DNA of 64,000 bases from Camelus dromedarius. Taxonomy: Eukaryota. Both the position numbers and the translations under genes were made by a program. This document shows, in pieces, positions 26,353-38,470 of the stretch (the stretch's first letter is position 1; each line of letters begins with the position of its first letter). The DNA is taken from NCBI RefSeq assembly GCF_036321535.1, contig NC_087437.1:67582001-67646000 (forward strand). The letters are read 5' to 3'. Below the pieces are notes generated by a model. That model saw only the letters and a program-made list of their open reading frames with translations. It was not told where the DNA came from and searched no databases.

Positions 26353-26856
26353 AGTGATCCGTCACATCCTTCAGCCCAATGAAACACAGCCAGGTATGAG
26401 ATATTCTCACAGAGAGATACAAGGAAATATGTACAAGTATGTCCATTACCACAATTTTTTTTCACAAGTAAATATTGGCTACTATTTAAAACCTCATCTA
26501 AAGGGGAAAGGGTATATAAATTGTGGTATGTTCATACGAATAAATGACAGTGATGGTGAAAATAAGAAGAATAATTAACCTTTACTGAGTGGTAGCATTG
26601 TTAACAAGACATTGTTATAAATATTTTAAGTATATAATGCCAACTTACAAAAATTTTATGATGTATCAGAGGCACACACCTTGATCGAGATTGAGATCTA
26701 GTGGGATGGTTGTCTGAAATATGCTATATCAAAATGGGTATTTAGAACAAAAAACATAAGCTGTGGGTGGAGGTGGAGAGAATATTCATCTACACATATA
26801 CAATTTAAGACATACAAAACAATACTATTTGCTCATTTTTTTCCTTTCATGTCTTT

Positions 26857-26965
26857 ATTTTTTAAAAACTTTATTAAAGTATAGTCAGTTATAATGTGTC
26901 GATTTCTGACGCACAGCATAATGTCCCAGTCATGCATATATATACATATATTCATTTTCATATTA
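26857..26965 (-). mobile_element. Short camelid-type L1 3' end
   Basis: tttattaaagtatagtcagttataatgtgtcgatttctgacgcacagcataatgtcccagtcatgcatatatatacatatattcattttcatatt. Confidence 0.8.
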
Positions 26966-27859
26966 TATCATTAGTCCACTCTTTTTTTTTTTTATTTATC
27001 TATGTGGGAGTTCCAAAGTTATTTTGAGCTCTGTTTTTCTTTTCTTTCTGGATTCTACCCCCTCCTTTTAATATTAAAAATAAAGCTGGGTGTCTAGTGC
27101 TGTAGCCAAGAGAAGATTAGTGAAGAAGTCTTTGCCCAGCCTGTAGGTGGTTCTTCTGCAGATTTCCTCTGGGCTCCAGGGAGAAACAACATCCATCTCT
27201 GCTGCCATTCTTTACTTGGCCATACTGATTCAAATTACATTGTGTCTTTCAGATAGTCTTTGAACTTTCAAATCCAACAAGTACACTCATTCTTCTTTTC
27301 CATCAATGTTATGAATTTTTCTTCTTGTTCTTCTTTTTTTTTTTTTTTGGTATTTTTTAATTCCCATTTGATGAGATTTTTCTAGGAAGGAAGGTAACAT
27401 TATGTGTTCAGTCCATCATCTGGGTGGAGAACTCCATGTTGTATCTTTATTCAGTTTTACTTGTTGGAGGGGACTGGCTGGATAACCTTGCAGTGTTTCC
27501 CTTGGCATTTTAATTTATTTTCCTCACCCATCCTTAGAAGGTGAGTTTCATGTTGACATATAATGTCCAGGCATATTTCAGATTTTACACAATTCCACCC
27601 CAAGGTGGGGCCTTAAAGGACTAGAAAAAATTTCTTTCTTTCATAACTTAAACGTTTATTTTTGATATAAACATAATATTCTTTTTATCTTTGTCCTTTC
27701 TGTTATTTACACTACATTCACTAAACTTTTAGATTTTTTCCAGCCCTCTATGAAAACCACTGCACATTTTTTTATCATATCCTCTGATATTCTTGACAGC
27801 CCCTTATCAAAAATTCTTACAAAAATCTAATATTTAAACATATCCTAAAATTTTTAGTG

Positions 27860-28410
27860 AAATTCAACGTATATTTACTGAGCAACTTGGACATTCTTGC
27901 CATAGGTAACTGAGGGATGAATATGGTTTGGTACCTGCCTTTGAGGAACTCACAGTCCAGTGGGAGAGAAAGACCTATAAACATATTAACCAAGGCATGA
28001 TGTGATATGTGCTAAGACAAATGTGTTTATAAACTACTTTGGGCTCACAGATAAGGGAGTGATTAATTCTGCCTTCAAGGCTGAGGGAAAACTGTAGAAA
28101 TTTAATGACATCAAATTGACACTTGACAGATAAGTAAGGGATTCCAAAAGAGGCCAAGTGAGCATGGGTGTTCTGAGCACACACAAATGGCTGCAGTGTA
28201 AAAGGATATGGCGGTTATAGGATATTGTTGGTGAAATGGGAGATACTGTAAGAGACAAAGTCAGAGAAAAACCTAGGGATTGGGGGTGGGGTACACTTTG
28301 GAGTCAGGCTAAGGAGTTTGCACTTGTATATGCCAACAATAGGGCTTTGAAAAAACTTTCCGTAGGAAAGAGTCATGGTCAGACTTGTCTTTAAAAAAGT
28401 GTGTTTGGGG
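27860..28410 (-). mobile_element. L2 LINE 3' region
   Basis: attcaacgtatatttactgagca...cctgcctttgaggaactcacagtccagtgggagag...caggctaaggagtttgcactt. Confidence 0.7.
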
Positions 28411-28411
28411 G

Positions 28412-28546
28412 TCTATTAGAATGTATATTTTGTGGAAAGAGCAAGCTTGTTTGTTTTATTGTTATATACCCCGTGTCGAGAACAATTCATGCATGTAGCC
28501 AGCAAGTGCTTAGTGATACTTGTTAAATAAATGAATGGCAGCTAAT
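28412..28546 (+). mobile_element. L2 3' tail
   Basis: ctattagaatgta...ttgttatataccccgtgtcgagaaca...ttgttaaataaatgaatg. Confidence 0.55.
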
Positions 28547-31224
28547 ATGCAGGCTGAGATTGCAGGGAAGAAGTCTGTACAGTAGTTCAGGGAAGTGGTG
28601 ATAAGGACCTTTATTAATATGCCTTGTTTCACTGTGAAGGTTAATCTCTCTCCAATCAGGGTGACTATATAAGTTATTATTCCAGATTAGGAAACCTTTG
28701 ACAAGACAAGAGGGTGCATTTAAAATTTTTCTGGAGATATCAGAGGAAAACTGGATGATATGGTGGGTGTGTCTCAAGTCCATACATTGTCAATACTCAG
28801 CAGTGGAATTGGCAGGGGGCACCACTAGGGAGTAGGCAAAGGCTGGGAAAGACAAGGCCCCATAAGACACATGATGTGCACATGATGTGCTTGTGTTTGT
28901 GGGGATGTGTATGTCTTTGGTCTGGTCTGCTTTGTAGTCGTTACCTACCCTTGAAGTTATTAAAAGTTTGTGAAACACAGTATATTGATATCACTTGGGT
29001 CAAACTGCTAAGATAACACCCAATGAGCAGGACAGAGTTTCCCCTGAAGGGAATCTTCCAGTTGTGAGATCAGTCCTGGGGCAGGGAATGAACACTCAGG
29101 AGGAGGGCCGGAGATTGACAGTCGTGGAACCATTTCCACTTTCTTGCGGTCTTTCGACAGTCGGGTGCTAGGGCACCGAGATGCCTGAAACTCTCTTGAT
29201 CTGGGTAAGGGGGTATGTTGGCTACTGCCTTGAGGAAGGTAAGCCATGGCCCTGAACATTTAAGAACCAGAAGGGTAGGTGTCGGCCTGTGCACTCAGCA
29301 TGTACATACAGCTAGTAGGAGATCTGAGTTATTCTTCATGTTGTGTTTCTCTCATTATCCCCAAACCATCTGTAAAATTTTCTTAAAAATGGCAGATTTT
29401 CTCTGCTCTCACTGTGGGAAGGTAGGGCAAAAGCGGGAGGGAAGATACTGAGGTTGTAGGGGGTACTGAGCTGGCAGCCACCAGAGGGAAGACCCTCTGA
29501 ATAGGAAGGTGGGGACTGACTGCAGCGGGATCAGAGGCCTGGGGTTGAGGGGAGCAGGGGACGAAGCCAGGCAGCTGCCGGAGTGGTGGGCAGCAGCCAG
29601 GCCAGGTTTGTGGTCCATCGTCACACTCCCCAGTGTCATTTTGGAAGGAAAAAACAGTAAAAGACAGGACTTTGCAAAGTCATAGAGTCTGAGGAGTCAA
29701 ACCTCAAAACTGCATATTTAATGTTACAGCTCCAGGCTGGTGAGGCTAAGGTATTTGGGTTGAAAAAAATGGGGGTTTTTTTTGAAGGCATATTTCTAAT
29801 TCCTAGAGTGGGAGAGTTTTTCTTTTCTTTTGCCTTATTTCTTCCTGTTGCCCAAATGGCCAACATCCAGAAAGTGATCATACTTTTCCTATTTCACTTT
29901 CCCAATTTTTTTCTTTGTTGACCCTTTTCTCATCACAATCCATCCATCTTTTTCTGTATCCTCATTTTCTGTCTCCATTGTCTGACACTGATGGTGACTC
30001 TGAACTGAGGTAGAGAAAGAAAAATTCTGGGCTTAACATTCTCTGCTCCTGCTTTTTTTTTTTTTTTTTTTTTTCCCTTCTTCTTTCTGCCATTGCTTCT
30101 GTCACTTCCAGTTTCCGTGTGGCTGAGTTCTCACAGGTCTCCTCTTGCTCTACCCTCTTCCTTCTTGCCTGAGGTTTCATCATGTCTTATAGAGCCCCCC
30201 TGCACCTCCTTCCTCCAAGGCCGCGTTGGCCACTTCCCAGCACACCTCACAACTCACTCTCTCGGATCCACACACCCATCCTTTGATCCTCTAACCATCT
30301 TAAGCAAGGGGCAGAGATAAATGGTTATTATTATTTTACCAATAAGGAAACTTATTCCCAGAAACGTCTTGACGAAAGCCAGCCAGCCGGAAATGACAGA
30401 ATCATAAGCATTAAATCAGTTACAGAAAAGTCTACTTATGAATGTTAAAAATCACTGAGACTGGGAGCTCTCAGTGGCATCCAAAGCAATTTCAAGAGTG
30501 GGCACTTACCAAATCAACCAATGGAAGAAGGTGAAATATGAGTCCATGCTGTTCGCAGGCCACCAGGCACTGTTTATTCTTCCAGCCTCTCTTGACAGCC
30601 TGGACACACAGCAGTGCTGTGGCTGCCACGAAAAGCCACCATGACAGCAGGCCCTACTGCCAGCTTAACCAGCTGCCAAGTTTGAATACACAGTGGGGTT
30701 TGGTAGATGGTTAGAACTGATACTATTTAAAAGCAGGAAAACTGTGAAATAGGAAGTGGGTTTTGCACTCGTTTTAAACAACATTAGCTTAATTTGTGAG
30801 AAAGGGAAATAAGACTGTTTGGAAATGTCTGGTGCATGGGTTAGTGCCTCTCACACTTGTGTAAGACTAAACACAGAGAGGCCTGGTGCTCATATTTTAG
30901 AATTTAAGAACCATCGTCAAGATACTTTACCAACCCTGTGGCACTTTTACAAATGCCTTTATTAATAATGTTTCCATATCATAAAGCTAGATGGGAGAGG
31001 CCATCTTTTATTCATCAGCCTCAGAATAAAATGGTATCATCTCTGGGATTTGGAAAGAATTTTGGTGGCTTCCGTTTTCTTCTTTATCCCCTCATCATCA
31101 CTACTCCCATCCCTAGCCAACTTTTTTGTTGTTCTGAATTGTTCTGTTCCAGTGGGAAAGCCAGCTAATTAAACTGGTCCTGTGATTCATCCTAGTCCTC
31201 TCAGCCGTCCAGCGTATTGAAACC

Positions 31225-31402
31225 ATTGATATCCACACTGGGCTGAGCCTCCGGATTATCTGGGAGAGATCTTGTTTAAAATACAGATTATTGGACTCCA
31301 CTCCAGATCTCCAAATTATAATTTCTAGGAGTGTGTCATGGACTCTGTGTTTTAGGAAGTTTGACAGTGATTCCTTTGTAGACTTGTGTTTGGAAACAAC
31401 TG
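31225..31402. mobile_element. MER5-type hAT-Charlie MITE
   Basis: atcttgtttaaaatacagattattggactccactccaga...ctctgtgttttaggaag...tttggaaacaactg. Confidence 0.6.
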
Positions 31403-31854
31403 AAATATGAAACTTCTCAGTCTGATCAGTGTCCAAACTGGAATATGAAAGGCATACTTACTGATAACTCTGAGATTGTCAGCAGACAGAAGAATGCCAA
31501 AGGACTGTGGCAAAAGCACGTGTCTCTTTTTGCAGATGCTAGGGAAATTTCAGGATCTTATGGGGGACATGGACAGAGTTGCAGATATGGAGAATAATAG
31601 AGTTGTTTGGGAATCCCTCAGGGAAGTCCATCTCTTTTGTGAGCTGCCTTCACTGACCTGGCAGACACCATAAAATATGCTCAAGATTGGCAAATATTCC
31701 ATGCTGGTGAGAACAATGCATGATGTGTTGGGGTCATGAACTTGAGATAAAATTAGAAAGCACATGAGTGCCATATTGAATTCTGGCTAAGTAACATGAT
31801 TTTTCAGTTTTGGACCAGTAAACATTTCTATATGTATCTATTAAATATTATTCT

Positions 31855-32480
31855 TTGTAGTGCAATAAATGGGAAGTTTTCAAGCAGAGGAAGGTCTTAT
31901 CAGATATATGTTTAGTTAGCAGTGAGCGGATGGAATCTACTGGAATGAGAAAAACTGGGAGTGGAGAGTTCTTTTAGTAGCCAGTACCATGATGAAAGGG
32001 CTTGAACTCAAGCAGCGTCCGTCAGGATATAGACTGAGGAATAGATTTCAGAGTCATTTCTTAGGTAGGACTGGCAGAACTTTTCTAACTGACTAGGTAG
32101 GGAGACTGGTCAGAAAGAAGGGGATGGGGATTAAGGATGCCTCAGATGTTTTGAGTGACTAGGAAAATGATCATGCTATGAACAGAGACAGAGAACACAT
32201 TAGGAAGAGTAGGCTTTTCCCTCCTAAACTTGAAATGCATGTGGGATGTGGAGTTGAGCCTGTTCAGTGGACAATTCAGCAGGGCAATTGGAACTGGAGC
32301 TCAAGAGAGAGGAAAAGGAGACAGGATTCAGGGATTGGCCAATGGGGTCAACTGTGTCCTCGGAGGAGTGGATGAGATGGGAGGAAAACCCAAGGATGGA
32401 AATGGGGGCACACAGAAAAAGGAGGAACTATGGGTCAGGGGGTTATCAAAAAAATCTAAGGAAGTGTCAGAAAACTCATT
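31855..32480 (-). mobile_element. L2 LINE fragment
   Basis: ttttcaagcagaggaagg...atcagatatatgttt, atagatttcagagtcatttcttaggtaggactggcagaactt, ctggagctcaagagagagg. Confidence 0.7.
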
Positions 32481-32964
32481 TCCTGGTGGCATGGAACCTG
32501 GGTGGCTACAGTAATGCTGGCAGGGGGCTTTATGTGGTGGTGGTCGAGATGGGGTAGGAGTGGGTGGGAGTGCTCGGATGAGGATTTCTCTCACACTAGC
32601 CTTAAGCTAGAGGAGATGCCATAACTGCTGCAGTGAGCAAAGCCAAAAGCTGAGTGGGAATCTAAGGTTCAGTGAGTCCAACAGAGAAGTCTAACCAATT
32701 GTGAAAACTTCAGTGCCAACAGCAGGTGATGCATGCCAGGGCAAAGTCAGGACCCAAGGGCCAGCAGGCTGAGCACCAGCAGTGGACCTGGAACGCGGTG
32801 GGTTTGGAAACATCTGACTAAACATTCTACCTTGTGCCTGTTTTTTATATACCGACCAGCTGCAGCATGTGGTGTGAGCAAAACTATCCAAATGCAAAGG
32901 TCAAGGAATAGATAACAAAAAATAGGTAACTATTTCAAAGCCTTCCTTACATTAATTTCTGAAA

Positions 32965-33032
32965 CCTCAGTACTGTGCTTGGCACATAGTATGTTCTCAA
33001 TAAAGGTTTGATGAAGGAATCAATAAATGAAT
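32965..33032 (+). mobile_element. L2 3' tail
   Basis: gtactgtgcttggcacatagtatgttctcaataaaggtttgatgaaggaatcaataaatgaat. Confidence 0.6.
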
Positions 33033-33299
33033 CAGAGTAGCAGACAATTTCTGGGAGTGAACTAAATTCCTAGGAATTCTGGAGATGAGTGCCCACTCAA
33101 AGCAATTCTATTGAGGAAGCCTTGGGACGCCAACCTTTTTGGCTAAAATGTCATGGAGAAGAGCATTCCCCAGAGAAAACACTGAGGTCACTTTTGCTTT
33201 CCTGAATGGAATGGAAAACCTCCTGTCCTGATGCACCCTGTGGAGCAGAACAGATAGTCGTCAGTTAGAAGCCCCTTTCTTCCTTTCAAGATTGGAGAG

Positions 33300-34020
33300 C
33301 TGATAGATAAAGAATAATGAACCCTATCAGAATCCATAATTATCTCACACGATTTTAGTTTTATAAACTTGTAGTGCTATAATTTTCTGTCTTTTCTTTG
33401 AGCCATTGTTTGGAAAGACTGCAGTGTGTTCTTTATTTTCCCTGCACCAGGACTGCCGTCACCCAGCATATCACATCCACTATATCATATTAATGGCTGC
33501 CAGCTCAACAATTTGATACTCCATCCCATATATCAACCGCTGATATAATCCATTGCCATACAGTATATTTCATTTGCATTTATCTTTTCCATATACAGCA
33601 CTCTCTTTTATCACTCTTTCAGCGGCCCCTCTTCTCCCCACTGTTTATTCTCACTGGCACACATCTATACAGCCTTCCTGGCTGTGTTATTAATAATCCC
33701 TACAAAGACCTCTCTCCCCCTTTTACCTTTCCCCTCAGTAACTGACAGCTTCTTACAATTTGGCCTTTTAATGCGGTAGAGTTGGGGCTGATTGAGGATG
33801 TTTCTTTGTTATTTTCACAGACATTAGCATAGCTGCCTGAGCTGGGACTCAGGCACTTTCTCTAGCTATGATTTATGACATCAATCCAATTTATGGCCAT
33901 TTAAAGGAATGCTGAACTGGCTGTAAATCAGCAAAAGCACATAAAATACTCATGAGAACTGCTGGAATCCATCTGCATCAGCCTCCATCACCGGTAACAG
34001 CAGCCAATCGGCAGCAAAGG
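33300..34020. promoter_or_regulatory. Candidate developmental enhancer / conserved non-coding element (HOX-PBX-MEIS motif cluster)
   Basis: No recognisable repeat. TGACAG 33743-33748, TGATTTAT 33869-33876, TTTATGGCC 33890-33898, GTAAATCA 33923-33930, CATAAAA 33940-33946, ATTTGCAT 33572-33579. Confidence 0.45.
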
Positions 34021-34719
34021 GATGGGGTATCATGTGGGCAGAGGGAAGCGATGGCAACCGTGGGCTTGCATCAAGGAGGAACGACTCACCTGGTGACAAT
34101 AGACAGTATGGATATGAATTGCAGCTGGGTAGGAAAAGTCTATGGGGGCAGAGGTTGGGGGCGAAAATTTGGGCTGGTACCTCATAGGTGCACATTAGGA
34201 TGTTACAAAGGGTGGAAGCAGCATATTTTATAATAGTTTACAATTTACAAAGTAACTTCATCTGCAGTTTCTCTTCTAAGCCCGTTGATAGTTCGATTTA
34301 TTTTGCCTGTTTTATAAAATAAAAGATTTAGTCTATAATTACCAAAGGGTCAAGTTAAGTCCATGTTCTCCCTAACATAGTTAAGTATCCCCCCCAAAAA
34401 TGGTTTATTTTGTGTTGTTGAAGTCAATTCTTGAATTGAGGAAAGACATCACAGTACTTTAAATATATTGCTAGGACCCGAATGGCATTTTTGCCAGATG
34501 ATTTATTCTTTCTTTGCATGTAAATATGAACAAACCTTTGAGGGGTTTTGACTGTTCTAAAATGTATTCCAGTGTATTGTTGAAGAGAAAAAAAATTCCT
34601 CAATTAAGGCTAGTTGTTCCTTCTTTAGCCCTTTAGCGATTTGCTTGTCCAGCTACCCAACTTTTTGTTTTTCATTGGGCCTTAAACCCTGGTGGTCCAC
34701 ATGGGTAGCTGGATAAAAT

Positions 34720-35374
34720 TGTTAGAGCAGGCACTTAGCTAGATAAGAGCAGAGGAGGGGGGACACAGGCCAAATGGCAGGAATTGGGCCAAAAGGAGAG
34801 ACACAGGCCAAATACAGGAAACCATACATCATGTAAGCACCAGGGGTCCCTGGGCAGAGGAGGAAAAGCAGGAACCTCTGGGCTGATAAGTGTTCACACC
34901 TTTTGGGGTGGTGAGAGGCCTAGAGGCCAACAAAGAAAGGTGGGAAAAGGCAGGAATCTTCAGTCCAAATGTAACCTCTTGCTTATTATGCCCTCATTTC
35001 AATAAAATTAGCCTTGCAGATTAGAAGTACCCATCATGCACTGATGCAATGACACTTCGGATCCAGACTAAATAAGGACAAAAATCCCTCCTCCCTTCAG
35101 GAAGGTAGAGTTGGGATGAAAATCAGGGAATACGAGTACAAAAGCTTTCCTACCTAATGAATATTCCACCCATTCATTTTCACACTCTATGTGACCAACT
35201 TGCCAAAGAAACTCAGGGCAGCTGCTCACCTGAGCCTGCCCGCTTTCCCCTTGAGAGTGTACTGTCTATCCCTTAAAAGATCCTCACTTTACTTTCTTGA
35301 CCTCAGTGGCTTGTCTTTTAATTCTTTCTTGGGTGGGATAAGAACCTGGACACCGGCTACATCTACTGGCAGCA
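34720..35374 (+). mobile_element. ERV1-class solo LTR (~655 bp)
   Basis: tgttagagcaggcacttagctagataagagcag...ctactggcagca; TG...CA termini; 4-bp flanks aaat/atat; internal direct repeat gacacaggccaaat (34762, 34800); ERV1-type 3' part gagagtgtact...aattctttcttg...aagaacc. Confidence 0.8.
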
Positions 35375-36879
35375 ATATTTTGACCTGTTAATTTTTTTTC
35401 TTACTCCTTAGCCTTTCCTTATCTCCCTTTCCCCATCAGGTAACTGATGTTTTCTCTGTTCTCTTAGGGGGTTTTGTGTAAGGGAGGAAACTAGATGTAG
35501 ACCCCAAAGACCTCTTAGCTTTTGTCTCCTAAAGTCAGAAGCTCAGAGTGGGAGAAATTTTTCAAGGAGAGCAGAGTGTCTGAGAGAAGCTGAAGCGAGA
35601 AATGCATCAGGCCCTTGCTGATCCCCTCTCATCCAGAAAGAGATTTCTCTGTGCTGGGAGGAGGAGAAAATGGGAACGTGGGCTTTCAGTGCTCCGGAGG
35701 TCCTTAGCAGTCTTGCTTTTATCACTTTAATTAATAATCTTTTCAGTTAATTGTTTCTAAAACCCTGTGTGTGCGCCTGTGCGTACTTGTGTGTGCATCT
35801 TCATCCTTCTTCGCTTCATAATAAACTAGGGTTCAGCTTTTTCTCCCAGTCCGTTGATAGCATGCTTCCCGACACATGCATTTTCCTCTACCTGGTCTAT
35901 CAGGGGCTTGTATATTTCCTAATGATTTTTTTTTACTATTTCTCTCACCTGCTCCCCTCACCCCCGATAAATTATATCCCGTGGACAAACTTTTCCCCAG
36001 CTGTGCATAAGTTTCAGAAGGAAGATGCTATAAACATCTAATCAATAAATATCCCTGGTCTCTTCATAGAGTAAAAGAGTCAATCAATCTTTACTCCTCT
36101 GCATAAATGTGCATATCTTATCATAGCTCAGATTCCATTACAAACTATTTCCATGGGGATTTCTTTTTGGTTGCAAGGGAGATTCTGTAATAAGTAAAGA
36201 GTTTACCTTATTTACCAGAATTCTCTGCCTCCTTTTCAAACTAGGTGGGGGAGGTGAACAAAAAAGCAAAATAAGCTCTACAAATTGTAGGTGCTTAGTG
36301 CCTGTGTAGGAGATCTGTATTCTGACCTTGGATGAGCTAACCCTGAACAGGTTTGTATTCATTTCAAGCAGCATCCAAGACATGGACAGGAATCCCTGGA
36401 GGGCTCAACAGACTTCCTCAGCAGGACTTCACCACATTCAGAAAATGTAGATGAGCTGTGCCTGGGATTATGTAGTCATTACCCTTGATTAAATTTAATT
36501 ACCATAATTTATGAAGGACATGGAGTTATTTGGTTCTGAATTGTAAAGACTGGTTGTTTATGTTTTATGAATTTGATGGAAATTTGGCATCCTGCTACTA
36601 TTTCATTTGGGCTGTGTTTGTGTGATTTACGATTTTTGCCATCCTATCGTATTTTCTCGTGAATTCCCCTTCAGGGTAGTAGGCTGGAGATATCAGAAGA
36701 CAATTTGTTGGTGAACCATGAGTTAACAGTTACATGGAAACTGCGGGTTTCAGAAGGGAGGATTCTTTAAGACAATGGCAGAGATCAAGGCTGGAGGGCC
36801 TGGGATGTGGCATAAAGTTACATTGTATGTAAATTAAGCTGCCTTGAGGTACAATTTCAAAATCCTGTGTTATTTGCCT

Positions 36880-37075
36880 ATGAATCTAATTGCCTCAGTC
36901 ACTTGTAAACTGTTTGACCTTAGTCAAATTTATTAACCTCTCTCTGCCCCAGTTTCTTTATCTGTAAAATAGAGATAGCAATAGTACTTATTTCAGTATT
37001 AATTGAGACATTTTGTGTAAAGTGCTAAGAATAGTTTGCGGCACAAAGTACGCGCTGAATGATGCTACCTATTAG
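36880..37075 (+). mobile_element. MIR SINE
   Basis: tgaccttagtcaaatttattaacctctctctgccccagtttctttatctgtaaaatagagatagcaatagtac...tgtaaagtgctaagaatag. Confidence 0.8.
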
Positions 37076-37954
37076 TACTTTTGTTGCTATTCTTGTTATG
37101 CACTTTGTTCTTGTTACCTCTTCTTACTAAAGCCAACCTAACTGAATTGTATTACCATGATTTATTTGGCCCCTAGCTTTTCTATATTATTTCTAAATTG
37201 TTATGTTATTACCACTTCCTTTTCTGACAACTTCTATAATCCACATATGCTGCAGTTTAGCATTGCGTATGTTATCACCCCATGCCTATACATTGAATCA
37301 GTTCCATCCTAGCTCCATAAATCCTCATCAATGAACAGACTGATCAACAGCATAGATTTCTATGCCTTGCCCATCTGGTTTTCCATACAGTCTCTCCATC
37401 CTAACTTTTGGTTATTTATCTACTGGAATTTATACCCTATCTATTAAAAAAAAAAAAAAAGGATTTGAGGCAGTAAACATTGGTACCAGAAAGCTAGCAA
37501 TACTAGGAGCTAAATTGCCATATTAAAGATTTAGATAGAATGTGAAATTCTTTTCCTGAGAGCAGGAGTTATTGGATGCTGGAGAGGGTTACCAGATTGT
37601 TTCAACTAAAATACCAGAGCTTTAGGCTCACATATTAATTTCCAAGTGGTATGTGAGCATAGGGCAGAAAGCTCAGAGCTGCAGTAAGCAAGGACCCTTA
37701 CTCACAGATCATATGATATCAAAACATCCCTTTAATTGCCAGATCATTTTATTAAAACACAAACAACAGGATAAGGGTTGATACAGAACTAGGGAGGGGA
37801 TGCCTGGATCCACCGTGGGTTAAAGAGACAGACATTAGAAATATTCTAATGGCATGTATTTTCATTTAATTATAATTATAATCCTAATTGTAGATTCATG
37901 AGTTAAGAAGATCAATCCTCCTCAGTCTTCTCTAATGAAAGAAAAAATGGGTAT

Positions 37955-38090
37955 ACATACTTAAAAATGCAAGTTCCCAGGCCCCATCAAAGATATTTTA
38001 AACCAGAATCTACAGAGTGCCTGGTGAAATAAGGTATTTAACAGTCACCCATGTGATTTTTATTTTTTAATAATGTTTGGAAAACACTGA
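37955..38090. mobile_element. MER5A fragment
   Basis: ttaaaaatgcaagttcccaggccccatc...aaccagaatct...tgtttggaaaacactg. Confidence 0.5.
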
Positions 38091-38334
38091 ATTGGATCAT
38101 CACTTGGTAATCTGACCCACCTCCTTTGTCTCGCTCCATGGATCCCCATCAGATTTTCTTAAATTAGGAAAATTATCATGCCATCATAGTGAAAGATGAT
38201 AAGCAAACGTCACCAAGGGCTTTGTAACGATGGGGAGCATTTAGCTTCTTTGAAACACATAAGAAATATTTCCAAGAAAACCTGTAGAATTTAAAGATGT
38301 AAGATAAGGTTACCCTCTAGTACTGACATTTATG

Positions 38335-38470
38335 ATTTATGTGATTTTGGACATTGACCTTTTAGGCATCAGGTTTTTTCACCTGTAAAATGGGAATAAT
38401 CACATAGTAAGCTCTTCATAAAATTGTGAGCCCAAACTAGACAAATAGCAAAGTAAATGCTAATTATTAT
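38335..38470 (+). mobile_element. MIR SINE fragment
   Basis: MIR core catcaggttttttcacctgtaaaatgggaataat. Confidence 0.6.

Noticed and set aside
30605..30645. L3-like word cagcagtgctgtggctgccacgaaaagcc
   Set aside because: Too short, with no supporting flanking similarity
31520..31640. Possible extra CR1 RT fragment (QMLGKFQD...RVADMENNRV vs MLIKFADD...)
   Set aside because: Similarity is too weak to call by eye; needs an HMM search
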